This document shows, piece after piece, positions 51,911 to 60,507 of a stretch of DNA of 64,000 bases; position 1 is the first letter of the stretch, and the number at the start of each line of letters is the position of its first letter. This DNA is from an uncultured Clostridia bacterium (GTDB lineage Bacteria; Bacillota; Clostridia; UBA1212): NCBI GenBank assembly GCA_947304585.1, contig CAMZBI010000003.1:34811-98810 (forward strand), written 5' to 3'. Made by a program: the position numbers and the translations under genes. Below the pieces are notes generated by a model that was not told the DNA's origin, did no database searches, and was given only the letters and a program-made list of their open reading frames with translations.

Positions 51911-53740
51911 TCATCCTTCCGGGTAATTCAGGTAAAGAGTTGATAAAAATTTAGTGATATTCACAATTGCGGCGGTTTTGTCCAGGGGATCTTTAAGTCC
52001 GCAGGCGGTGCAATTGGCGGATATGTCGAGGTCGCCGATATTGGCGCAGAATTTTTTGTAAGTATCCACGGGATTGTCCGAGAGGAACAATGAAATGGCT
52101 GAGATGGCCGAAACGCCGTAGCTTATATAGTAGAAAGGATAGCTGTAGATGTGATAAATATCGGTCCATCCGCCGCCGTGAAACGCACTGTCCGAACCTT
52201 CGGGAACTAAGCCGTATTCTACGAGAAGCTCAAAATAGATCTCGGATATCCGTTCAGCCGTGAGATTTTTCTCCTCAAAAAGCTTTGTCTCAAAATCATC
52301 TACAATAAATGAAGAAATGATTGAATACAGGCAGGTGGAAACAGCTCTGTTGTAGAGGGTCTCGCAAACATCGCTCTTGTCATATATCATCCCGTACTGA
52401 CTTGTGCACAGAAGCTCAAGGGCCTGTGACATGACTTCCTGAGAATCAAGGTCCTGGGAATAGATGGAAGGCGTGTTTGAAACGAACTGATAATAGTGGC
52501 CGAATTCGTGGAAAAAGGCGTCAACGTCATTGAATGTCCTCACCTGGCCCGGCTGAAGGAATATAAATGGTATCTCGTAGCAGGGAACAACGGTGGTAAA
52601 CGAAACGTCCATCTTGAGAGGCGAGTACTGGTAATTGATCAGTTTCTTAGAGACCATATCGTCAATAATGCTCTTGAAATCAGATGACACCGCCTCAAGA
52701 ACCTTGCGCCCTTCGTCAATGAGCCCGTCGTCATAAAACTCCGCCGCTTTTATATCGGCTTCGCTTAAAAGCACGTTGTCAACAGACTGAGCCGCTGCAG
52801 AATAACCCGATACCAGTATCTCTTTTATGCCTGATTTGAGTTCCCCTATGGCCGTAATATCGTATTTTCTTTCGAAAACCTCGCTGTAGGCATACTTCTT
52901 ATAGGATGCATACCCCATTGAAGAGGCTATCTTCTTTCTTATTGAGATGAGTCTGATAAGGACGTCACCGTAGTCCGCATTCTTCTGACGGTTGATCTCC
53001 TTGATCATTTCGGAAGCGGTCTCGTAGGACAGATATCCCTGCTGAAGATAAGTCATCACGTCGTAGTACGTGAGCAGCCAGGACTTTGATCCGTCTTCAT
53101 TTTCAGTAAAGGTCTTGGCGCCGTCTGGGATCTCGTAAAGGAAGTGGTATTTCGATCCGTCAACCGAATACTCAACGGTTGTCAGGTCTGTGTATTCTTT
53201 CAGGAGAGCGGCCTCTTCCTTTTTGTATTCAACGTAAAACTCGTTGTGGTTGTCGGCGTAGGAACCGCCAAAGATTTCAAGTACCTGGTCAAGACTTACT
53301 AAAGTTCTAAGGACCCAGCCCTCGGAAGCGGTTTTAAGAGTCTCGGTAATGCACCAAAGCCTGTCCACTGCTTCAACCCTGTTGGACGCAATTCTTTCGT
53401 GGGCTTCAGCAAGCTCGCTGTCGGTGACGTCAAGAAAAGACAGTATCTCCGAAAGGGCCTCCATTGCCGTAAAGTCGTATATGAGGTCAAGAGCCTCTTC
53501 AAACTGATTTACTGCTTTGAATCCGGAGAAAAGGTTGTCGTAATTCGCCTCAAGTTCATCACAGAGGGCCGTAAACCTGCTGTAATCGGGCTCCCGGAAT
53601 ACCATTGAAGAATAGCTGCCGTTACCGACGTACTTGTCATAATACGTGGTGTTGTAGCACCCGCACAAACTTGAAGTCGCAAGGGCCAGCAGCACGATAA
53701 CGGCTGTGAGTTTAATTAAAAGGGACTTTTTTCTCATCAT
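51911..53740 (-). CDS. M3-family (PepF-like) oligoendopeptidase, lipoprotein
   Basis: AAGGA RBS before ATG 53740; signal peptide ending SLCGC; FFHEFGHY, HIYSYPFYYISY. Confidence 0.78.
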   Translation of the reverse strand: MMRKKSLLIKLTAVIVLLALATSSLCGCYNTTYYDKYVGNGSYSSMVFREPDYSRFTALCDELEANYDNLFSGFKAVNQFEEALDLIYDFTAMEALSEILSFLDVTDSELAEAHERIASNRVEAVDRLWCITETLKTASEGWVLRTLVSLDQVLEIFGGSYADNHNEFYVEYKKEEAALLKEYTDLTTVEYSVDGSKYHFLYEIPDGAKTFTENEDGSKSWLLTYYDVMTYLQQGYLSYETASEMIKEINRQKNADYGDVLIRLISIRKKIASSMGYASYKKYAYSEVFERKYDITAIGELKSGIKEILVSGYSAAAQSVDNVLLSEADIKAAEFYDDGLIDEGRKVLEAVSSDFKSIIDDMVSKKLINYQYSPLKMDVSFTTVVPCYEIPFIFLQPGQVRTFNDVDAFFHEFGHYYQFVSNTPSIYSQDLDSQEVMSQALELLCTSQYGMIYDKSDVCETLYNRAVSTCLYSIISSFIVDDFETKLFEEKNLTAERISEIYFELLVEYGLVPEGSDSAFHGGGWTDIYHIYSYPFYYISYGVSAISAISLFLSDNPVDTYKKFCANIGDLDISANCTACGLKDPLDKTAAIVNITKFLSTLYLNYPEG

Positions 53741-53768
53741 GATTATCCTTTGTATCATTGCATGATCA

Positions 53769-54803
53769 TCACAGGCCAATATATGCGGCCAGCAGGCTGA
53801 ATGTATTCTTAAGACCTTCAACATGGGTCCGCTCATATCCGTGGCTGTTGAGAGTGCCGGGACCAATGGCCGCATGTCTTATATCATATCCCGCTACAAC
53901 GCTGGCGTCGCCGTCAGTTCCGTAATGGGGAGTGAAAATATCCGTGACGTAATCCACGCCAGCCTCTTCGGCCGTACGCTTAAGTTCAAGGGTGAGAGAT
54001 CTGTGGTAGGGGAATCTGGAATCCTTGGCAAATATAGAGACTTTACGCTCGTCGGAATTCTGCTGGGGTCCGAGGGGAGCTATGTCAACTGCGATGTAAT
54101 CCTTCACATCATCAGGCATAAACACGGTGCCGTGGCCGATCTCCTCGTACATTGCGAAGTAGAAATATATCTTTCTCTCCGGCATGAATCCCTGTTCTTT
54201 CATGGCTTTCATGATAGTGAAGAGGACCGCGGCGCAGGCCTTATCGTCAACGAATCTTGATTTGATATATCCCTTCTCCACTCTGAACCTGGGCTCCAGG
54301 GCAACGTAATCGCCTGTGTCAATGCCTAGCTTTTTAACGTCTTCCGCAGACTTCACGTCTTCGTCAAGGACGACGCACACGTTAGTCCTGAAATCCGGAA
54401 GGACCGTTCTCAGTTCCTCCTCGGTGACGTGGATGGAATTGGGGATCCTGCAGACGGATCCGGTGAATATCTTCCCTTCGAAAGTTTCGATCCTGACGTT
54501 TTCGGTCACGCAGTAAAAAGGATAGAGACCTCCCACCGGGCAGACGTTTAGAGTTCCGTCGCTGTTAACGTGCCTCACCATAAGCCCGATATCGTCAAGA
54601 TGGGCAGACACAAGAAGAGGATCCCCCTCCCCGCCAAGGTCCACGATCACGCCTCCCTTGTGAGTCACAGTATAAGGGAATCCGATCTCATCTGTGATCT
54701 TACAGCAAAGATCCTGAATCTTTTCAAACTGACCCGTGGTGCTGTCAACGCCAATGAGTCTTTCAAAAACGTCCAAACAATATTTTGCGTCAAATTCTGC
54801 CAT
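53769..54803 (-). CDS. M42 family metallo-aminopeptidase
   Basis: SAHLDDIG, RFVDDK, YEEIGHG, VDIA, SHGYERTH. Confidence 0.9.
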   Translation of the reverse strand: MAEFDAKYCLDVFERLIGVDSTTGQFEKIQDLCCKITDEIGFPYTVTHKGGVIVDLGGEGDPLLVSAHLDDIGLMVRHVNSDGTLNVCPVGGLYPFYCVTENVRIETFEGKIFTGSVCRIPNSIHVTEEELRTVLPDFRTNVCVVLDEDVKSAEDVKKLGIDTGDYVALEPRFRVEKGYIKSRFVDDKACAAVLFTIMKAMKEQGFMPERKIYFYFAMYEEIGHGTVFMPDDVKDYIAVDIAPLGPQQNSDERKVSIFAKDSRFPYHRSLTLELKRTAEEAGVDYVTDIFTPHYGTDGDASVVAGYDIRHAAIGPGTLNSHGYERTHVEGLKNTFSLLAAYIGL

Positions 54804-54824
54804 GATTTTTCTCCGTTTTCTTAT

Positions 54825-56519
54825 TTACCAGGTGCTCAGAGGTTTCGTAAAGTCCGGGTTCTCCGGAAGCCTTACGCCCTCTCTGAAATGAGTTATATTG
54901 TATTTTTTCATAAGACCGTAAAGTTCTCCAAGTTCTTTCGGTGAGGTTTTTTCGTCCCAGAGCAGCAGGAGTTTTGCGTATCTGATCTGAAGGGACGACT
55001 TTTCCACGTTGGCGAAGTGTTCTTCGTCTGAAGCTTCAATGGCTTTCCCGAAGAGGTCCTCAAGTTCTTCTACTGCTTTGGCAATATCCTTACCGCCAAG
55101 GCTTAGATTGTTTTCAACCCTGTCGTAGATGCCCATGTGGCTTTCCGCGGCAAGCGCGGAAGTATTTGCAATGTATTCTTTTACGAACCGCCAGCCGGGG
55201 CCGTAGTACCCCTCAAGAAAGTCGTCTGCGATCTCCTCAAATCTTTCACGGCTCATATCCGGATCCCACATTATCTTTGCAAGAAGATAGGCTCTCAGCT
55301 CGCCGAACTCCCCGGAAACGCTCTGACCGTTGCCCTGCTCAAAGAGGCCGATGGCATTGTGGGCCGCAAAGAAGCGGACGTTGTCGTATAGCACACCAAG
55401 GTTCGGGAAAGGTATCAGATAGAACAGAAAATCAGTTGTGTAGTCCCAAATGAACAGGTTTTTGCATATCTTCGACCATTCCTCAATATCTTTCCTGAAT
55501 TCAATATTTTGAGGGCAGTCTGCCTCAAGATTATGGGAAAAGCAGCACTCTATGGAGCAGAGCCTGATAATGACGTTGTCTCTTGGTTTCAGAGTCTTTG
55601 GCGCTTTTCTTGTATATCTGTACGCCAACGTATCCACGTAAACACCGGGATAGTCGTCCTTTATATCTTCTGCGATCCTGTTGACGAAGGTGAGGAGCGA
55701 GCCCATGGGAGTGCCCTCTTTCTCGTCAATAGCTCTGCATTTTTCGCATTGGCAACCGAGGCCGTCCGCATAGGAGTCGTTCTGGGAAACAGAGACTATC
55801 CTGGCGTTTTTATTATCGTCAAGATATTTCCTTACTTTTTTAAGAACTTTGTCGTAAACTTCGGGATCGGTGAGACAGGGCTGAGCGTTGGGCTCCCTTG
55901 GCGTGCCCGCAAGATCCGGCAGTGTGTGGACGAATCCGCCAGCGTAGGTTACAAGTTCTCCTCTTCCCTTCGAGGTTCTTTTGAAGCCTCCGTTTATCTT
56001 GAGTTTTGCTGCAAGTCTCATGTCAAAAGTGTTGAACCAGAAGGTGTCCCTTGACATGATCTTTGGCGAATAGGTTATGCAGGCGTCCTCCGGAAGAGGA
56101 ATTCTGTCCATTTTAACAAGTCTTTCGCATTTGGATGAATAGAACCGCCAGCCGATATAATCTTCAAGAAAAGTATAGACCGCATACATGGCGCCTGTCT
56201 CGTTTTGGCCGGTGAGGAAAATGACATCCCCGTCGCAGACTATTGCAAGGCCGTTGTTGCAAAGGCCGGCGCAGGCAGTTCTCACCTTTTCCGTGTCGTA
56301 AGACGTGTGACCGACAAATATAACGCTGCTCGAATCTCCTGAATAATCATCTACCTGCAAAACCTGAATATCCGCGTCAAATGCCTTGTTTATATAAAAA
56401 GAAAGATCATCTGCGGAGTTTGACAGAGTCTCTTCGACGCACCGTCCGTATACTATCTTGTATTCTCTTATATCCCGCCCGTCAAAGAAGCAGGGTCCGT
56501 TGCTTTTGTCCAATTTCAA
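54825..56519 (-). CDS. DUF4838-type putative glycoside hydrolase
   Basis: N-terminal GH20/GH67-like domain (YAVYTFLEDYIGWRFY); QPCLTDP, SVSQND, FVNRIA, LAYRYT, LFIWDY, WDPD. Confidence 0.72.
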   Translation of the reverse strand: MKLDKSNGPCFFDGRDIREYKIVYGRCVEETLSNSADDLSFYINKAFDADIQVLQVDDYSGDSSSVIFVGHTSYDTEKVRTACAGLCNNGLAIVCDGDVIFLTGQNETGAMYAVYTFLEDYIGWRFYSSKCERLVKMDRIPLPEDACITYSPKIMSRDTFWFNTFDMRLAAKLKINGGFKRTSKGRGELVTYAGGFVHTLPDLAGTPREPNAQPCLTDPEVYDKVLKKVRKYLDDNKNARIVSVSQNDSYADGLGCQCEKCRAIDEKEGTPMGSLLTFVNRIAEDIKDDYPGVYVDTLAYRYTRKAPKTLKPRDNVIIRLCSIECCFSHNLEADCPQNIEFRKDIEEWSKICKNLFIWDYTTDFLFYLIPFPNLGVLYDNVRFFAAHNAIGLFEQGNGQSVSGEFGELRAYLLAKIMWDPDMSRERFEEIADDFLEGYYGPGWRFVKEYIANTSALAAESHMGIYDRVENNLSLGGKDIAKAVEELEDLFGKAIEASDEEHFANVEKSSLQIRYAKLLLLWDEKTSPKELGELYGLMKKYNITHFREGVRLPENPDFTKPLSTW

Positions 56520-56661
56520 TTTTGCCTTTCAGAGATCCTTCAGATCATGAAATCCATAAACGATTATATCAAATAATAATCTCATATTCAAAAAATTTAA
56601 AAGAGCCGGCCTCCCTGAATCACAAGGAAGCCGGCCGGAAATACTATTCTAAAATCTAAAA

Positions 56662-58104
56662 TTACTGTTGCTGCTGTTCCTGAACAGGTTTTTCATACTC
56701 AAAACCCGCAAACTCACAAACTATCCTGACCATGCAGTCGTTGAGTTTTTCCACGCTGTAGTCTCCAACAGTCACTTCCTCATGGGAACCGCCAATGCCG
56801 GAGTCGTCCGTAAGGAATACGAAGGTGCCATTGGTGATAGCCGCAAATGATCTGAAGAGATATTCAGAAGCCTGGTCAGCACCGGAGCAGAATACAGGGA
56901 TGATCCTTATGCCTTCAACCGCAGCTTTTATAAGGCTTTCGCGGATATTGTCGTTGATACCGCTGATCTCGGATTCGCTGTGAGGCGGTGCGTCGAGTAC
57001 AAAGAAGCAGAGCTTCAGGGCGTTATTTCTCCACTGGTGGCCGGAGACAACGTTGTCAAGTGCAGTGTGGACAGCTTCCGGGAAATCACCGCCGCCGGTT
57101 GCGGATTCCTGTTTGATCTGATCAAGGCACTGGTTGATGTCTGTTCTGAAGTCGTAGTATTTAACGATATATTCATCGCCTTCGTCCCTGTAAAAGTTCA
57201 CAGAGACTCTGATGGAAACAGCCTCATCTTTGGCGGCGATCCTTTCCACCATGTCCACAAGTTCGGCTTTAATGTATTCAAGCTCGTCCCCCATGCTTCC
57301 GGTGGTGTCGATCATGTACATAAGGTCTATCTCGGAAAGAGTTATGCCTGCATCCTTTGCCTCGATCTCGATCGAGTCTGCGTTAAGTTCATAATCTTTC
57401 CCGTCAACGGATACTGTGGCGGGTCTTTCAAGTTTCTCGTTTTTAAGATCGTAAAAGAGGTATGCGAAGCCGTTTATATTGGTCCTGCCTTCAGCGACAA
57501 CAGTGTTACCGTTTTTAAGTGCAACTTTTACGTTAAAACAGGGATTGTCTCCGTCCTTCACGCAGACGGTGACAGCTTTGTTTGAAAACAGTGCTCTTTC
57601 TTTGGCGTAGGCGTACCAGTTGTTGTCGTTTATCAGTTTGAACCAGGCGGAAAGGTCGTCGGTATCTCTCCACTCGCCGGCTGTAAGGGTGCCCGCCTTT
57701 GCGGAAATATCAACAATACCGCCGATGACTCCGGTATCAACTATCTCGCCTACTCTGTCGATTGCTCCGTAGTAAGCTGCGTCGGCTCCCGGCATCGGCA
57801 CAGGCATCTCAGCTTCCGACAATATTTCTTTGGAATCGCCCTTTGAGCCAACGATTCCGTCAATGAATTTATCAAGTGCACTTGTGTTTTCTTTTCCGCC
57901 GATTACACCGTCAAGGTTTGAAGGAGTTTTGTTGAGGTTTCCCACTATCAGCCAGGTGGAGAGGACCGCTACACAGAGCACGAAGCAGGCGCAAGAAACT
58001 GCCAGCCCGATCCATTTCTTTTTAGTCATCCTCTTCCCGGAGGTCTCTTTTACTATATCCGGGTCTATATTTCTCATAGCCTCGTCAATGTCGTTTCTGT
58101 TCAT
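56662..58104 (-). CDS. Membrane protein with anti-sigma-like N-terminus, one TM helix and an extracellular vWA domain
   Basis: N-terminal DEAMRNIDPDIV...KKKWIGLAVSCACFVL; LTAGEW motif; MIDAS-like DTTGSM, GGGDFPEAV, LDAPPH. ATG 58104. Confidence 0.8.
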   Translation of the reverse strand: MNRNDIDEAMRNIDPDIVKETSGKRMTKKKWIGLAVSCACFVLCVAVLSTWLIVGNLNKTPSNLDGVIGGKENTSALDKFIDGIVGSKGDSKEILSEAEMPVPMPGADAAYYGAIDRVGEIVDTGVIGGIVDISAKAGTLTAGEWRDTDDLSAWFKLINDNNWYAYAKERALFSNKAVTVCVKDGDNPCFNVKVALKNGNTVVAEGRTNINGFAYLFYDLKNEKLERPATVSVDGKDYELNADSIEIEAKDAGITLSEIDLMYMIDTTGSMGDELEYIKAELVDMVERIAAKDEAVSIRVSVNFYRDEGDEYIVKYYDFRTDINQCLDQIKQESATGGGDFPEAVHTALDNVVSGHQWRNNALKLCFFVLDAPPHSESEISGINDNIRESLIKAAVEGIRIIPVFCSGADQASEYLFRSFAAITNGTFVFLTDDSGIGGSHEEVTVGDYSVEKLNDCMVRIVCEFAGFEYEKPVQEQQQQ

Positions 58105-58105
58105 T

Positions 58106-58588
58106 TCAAAAACCTTCCTTTTCAAAATAATTTCTAAGCCGGATCCTGATCTCCGAAAGCCGCGACCGTATCTCGTCAACGTCAGTTTTTTCGGACTTCG
58201 ATATCTCCTCAGGGGTGTCGTAGAAATAATATCTTCTCATAAATATCTTTCTGTCCGCCGGAGAAAGAGTCCTAAGAAAATCGGAGATCTTCTTTGCAAT
58301 AAGGGCCACCATGACGTCGTCCGCGCTTTCATCACTGTTTTCGCCCTCTCCCGGGAGACAGTCCGACAGTTCCCCCGAGGCCTCGGTTCTTTGAAGATCA
58401 CCCTGTATCAGGTAATCCACCCCGACGCTGAAAAGCTTTGCGATCTCGGAGAGCATTTCCTCCGACGGGTACCTCTTGCCCAGTTCCCACTTGGCCACGA
58501 GAGCTCTTGAAACGAAGAGCCTGTCGGCAAGTTCCTCCTGAGACATCCTGTGTTTTTTTCGTAATGATTTAAGCGCGTCTTTGATCAT
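58106..58588 (-). CDS. XRE-type HTH fused to an ECF sigma-70 region-4-like domain
   Basis: N: LRKKHRMSQEELADRLFVSRALVAKWELGKRYP. C: FLRTLSPADRKIFMRRYYFYDTPEEIS...SRLSEIRIRLRNYFEKEGF. Confidence 0.8.
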   Translation of the reverse strand: MIKDALKSLRKKHRMSQEELADRLFVSRALVAKWELGKRYPSEEMLSEIAKLFSVGVDYLIQGDLQRTEASGELSDCLPGEGENSDESADDVMVALIAKKISDFLRTLSPADRKIFMRRYYFYDTPEEISKSEKTDVDEIRSRLSEIRIRLRNYFEKEGF

Positions 58589-58630
58589 GGTCCGGACCTC
58601 GATGATAGTTTAGGTTTTTGAACCGCCAAT

Positions 58631-58673
58631 GTAAAGTGACACTTCCTGTCACATTTTACCGTAGAAGATTATA
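58631..58673 (-). promoter_or_regulatory. Candidate operator palindrome plus -10 box of the XRE/sigma4 gene
   Basis: GTGACA-N5-TGTCAC (58636-58652) with partially symmetric flanks; minus-strand TATAAT at 58668-58673. Confidence 0.5.
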
Positions 58674-58745
58674 CAATATATCCGGCTCTAAATACAGTAG
58701 AGCCTTGATCTCTCCTGCAGGTGGAGTCCCTCAAAAGAGGTTTTA

Positions 58746-58774
58746 TTGACTAAAAGGGCCTGTTTTTGTATCAT
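58746..58774 (+). promoter_or_regulatory. Sigma-A promoter of the acyltransferase/GT8 operon
   Basis: TTGACT-17 bp-TATCAT. Confidence 0.7.
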
Positions 58775-58851
58775 ATCAATGCGGGATGACGTTGGCGGTT
58801 TCCGGAAACTGCCAAAGATCCGATATATGCAGGAGAGGAGCGCCGGTCACT

Positions 58852-59646
58852 TTGAAGAAAAAAAAGACGATATACTATTCCGACGAGCTGAATGACGAAT
58901 TCTCATCCGCCGTTATCGAACCGATCAGAATAGATAAATTCTACCGCTACGACAGGAGCCGGGGCTTCTCAGGGGTGATAAGATTTTTCTTTTACAGGAT
59001 CGTAGCCACACCCCTTGCATTTATATACTGCAAGCTTTTTCTCCACTACAGCTGCGAAAACCGGGAGATACTGAAGCCTTTCAAAAAGACAGGTCTTTAT
59101 CTCTACGGCAATCACACCTCAAACTATGGCGACCCTCTCATGCCGAATCTATTTGCATTCCCGAGAGACGTTTATTTTGTGGTACATCCTAACAACGTGT
59201 CCATGCCCGTTCTTGGACCCATCAACAGATACATTGGGGCAATTCCTCTTCCCGACGACATTGACGCCGCCAAGAATTTCACAAGTTTTGTCAACGGCAG
59301 GATAGAGAACAAGGACATAGTGACGATATATCCCGAGGCTCACATCTGGCCTTATTACACTAAGATCAGGCCCTTTACCGACAAGTCCTTCGGCTATCCC
59401 GCCAGGACAGGCACTCCTGTGTTCTGCTTTACCAACACATACAGGAAGAGGTATCTCTTTGGCAATGAGCTCAGCAAGCCGAAGATTGTGACCGTGATCG
59501 ACGGGCCCTTTTATCCTGACATGGAAAAGCCCCTTGGCGAGAGAAAAAAAATTTTAAGAGATCAGGTCTACGATACAATGTGCCGGCGGGCTGAGCTTTC
59601 CGATTTGGAGTTTATTGTTTACAAAAGAAAGGATGCAACCTTATGA
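58852..59646 (+). CDS. PlsC/lysophospholipid acyltransferase family protein
   Basis: GNHTSNYGD, IYPEAHIW; GAGGAG RBS before TTG 58852. Confidence 0.8.
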   Translation: MKKKKTIYYSDELNDEFSSAVIEPIRIDKFYRYDRSRGFSGVIRFFFYRIVATPLAFIYCKLFLHYSCENREILKPFKKTGLYLYGNHTSNYGDPLMPNLFAFPRDVYFVVHPNNVSMPVLGPINRYIGAIPLPDDIDAAKNFTSFVNGRIENKDIVTIYPEAHIWPYYTKIRPFTDKSFGYPARTGTPVFCFTNTYRKRYLFGNELSKPKIVTVIDGPFYPDMEKPLGERKKILRDQVYDTMCRRAELSDLEFIVYKRKDATL

Positions 59647-60485
59647 TAAATATTCTTTTCTGCGGCAACGAAGGGGTTTTTGACGGTGTTCTCACCTGCA
59701 TGCTTTCGATCCTGAAAAGGACCGAAACGAAGGAGCCCTTTAAGTTCCACGTCTTCACTATGGATCTTACTGATCTTAAGCCAAACTATACACCGGTAAC
59801 GGAAGACCACAGGAAGTTTCTTGAGGACATTGCCAAAGAATACAACGGCGAAAACACCGTGGTTCTTTTTGACGTCACGGAGCTTTACAAAGAACATTTT
59901 TCCGGATGCCCCAACGAGAGCGCATACTGCTCGCCCTATACGCTTATAAGGCTTCTTGCGGATCTGGTGCCCGGGCTTCCCGACAAAATGCTCTACCTTG
60001 ACACCGATATTATGTTCAACAGGGACGTAATGCTTCTTTATAACATTGACGTTGAGGATTACGAATACGCAGCGGGCCGCGATCACTACGGGAAATATCT
60101 GATCAACCCCAATTACATCAACGCCGGGGTTCTCCTCTTCAACATGAAAATGATGCGTGAGACCGGCATATTTGCCAAGGCGAGAGACTGGCTCCGCAAA
60201 AAGAAGCTGGTGTTTGCCGACCAGAGCGCGCTTATAAGATCCACAACAAAGAAAAAGATGCTGCCCCAGCGGTTCAACGACCAGAAGTTCCTTCACAAGC
60301 ACACCGTTGTAAGACACTTTTCGAAGAGGCTCTTCTGGCTGCCCTACCCCCACACCGACAATATTAAACAGTACCACGTGACCAAAGTCCACAAGGTCTT
60401 CAGGTATTTCGTCTTTGACGACATACTTTTTGAATACATCTATCTGAAGAAAACTTTTGACAAGCAGCAGAGCGGCAAACTCTGA
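59643..60485 (+). CDS. Glycosyltransferase family 8
   Basis: RLLADL, YLDTD (DxD), INAGVLLFN, DQSAL, VRHF. Confidence 0.87.
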   Translation: MINILFCGNEGVFDGVLTCMLSILKRTETKEPFKFHVFTMDLTDLKPNYTPVTEDHRKFLEDIAKEYNGENTVVLFDVTELYKEHFSGCPNESAYCSPYTLIRLLADLVPGLPDKMLYLDTDIMFNRDVMLLYNIDVEDYEYAAGRDHYGKYLINPNYINAGVLLFNMKMMRETGIFAKARDWLRKKKLVFADQSALIRSTTKKKMLPQRFNDQKFLHKHTVVRHFSKRLFWLPYPHTDNIKQYHVTKVHKVFRYFVFDDILFEYIYLKKTFDKQQSGKL

Positions 60486-60507
60486 GATCATACGAAAGGA
60501 ATTACTT

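Noticed and set aside
53741-53875. Track N-terminal extensions (M3 peptidase; also 18077, 29106, 35148, 38329, 51070, 58179, 58786, 60457 starts)
   Set aside because: They overlap neighbouring genes or lack an RBS; downstream starts have clear SD sequences and match domain boundaries.
56662-56680. CAG/CAA run encoding the QEQQQQ tail of the vWA protein as a phase-variable repeat
   Set aside because: Very short, in frame and at the extreme C-terminus, so slippage would have little effect.
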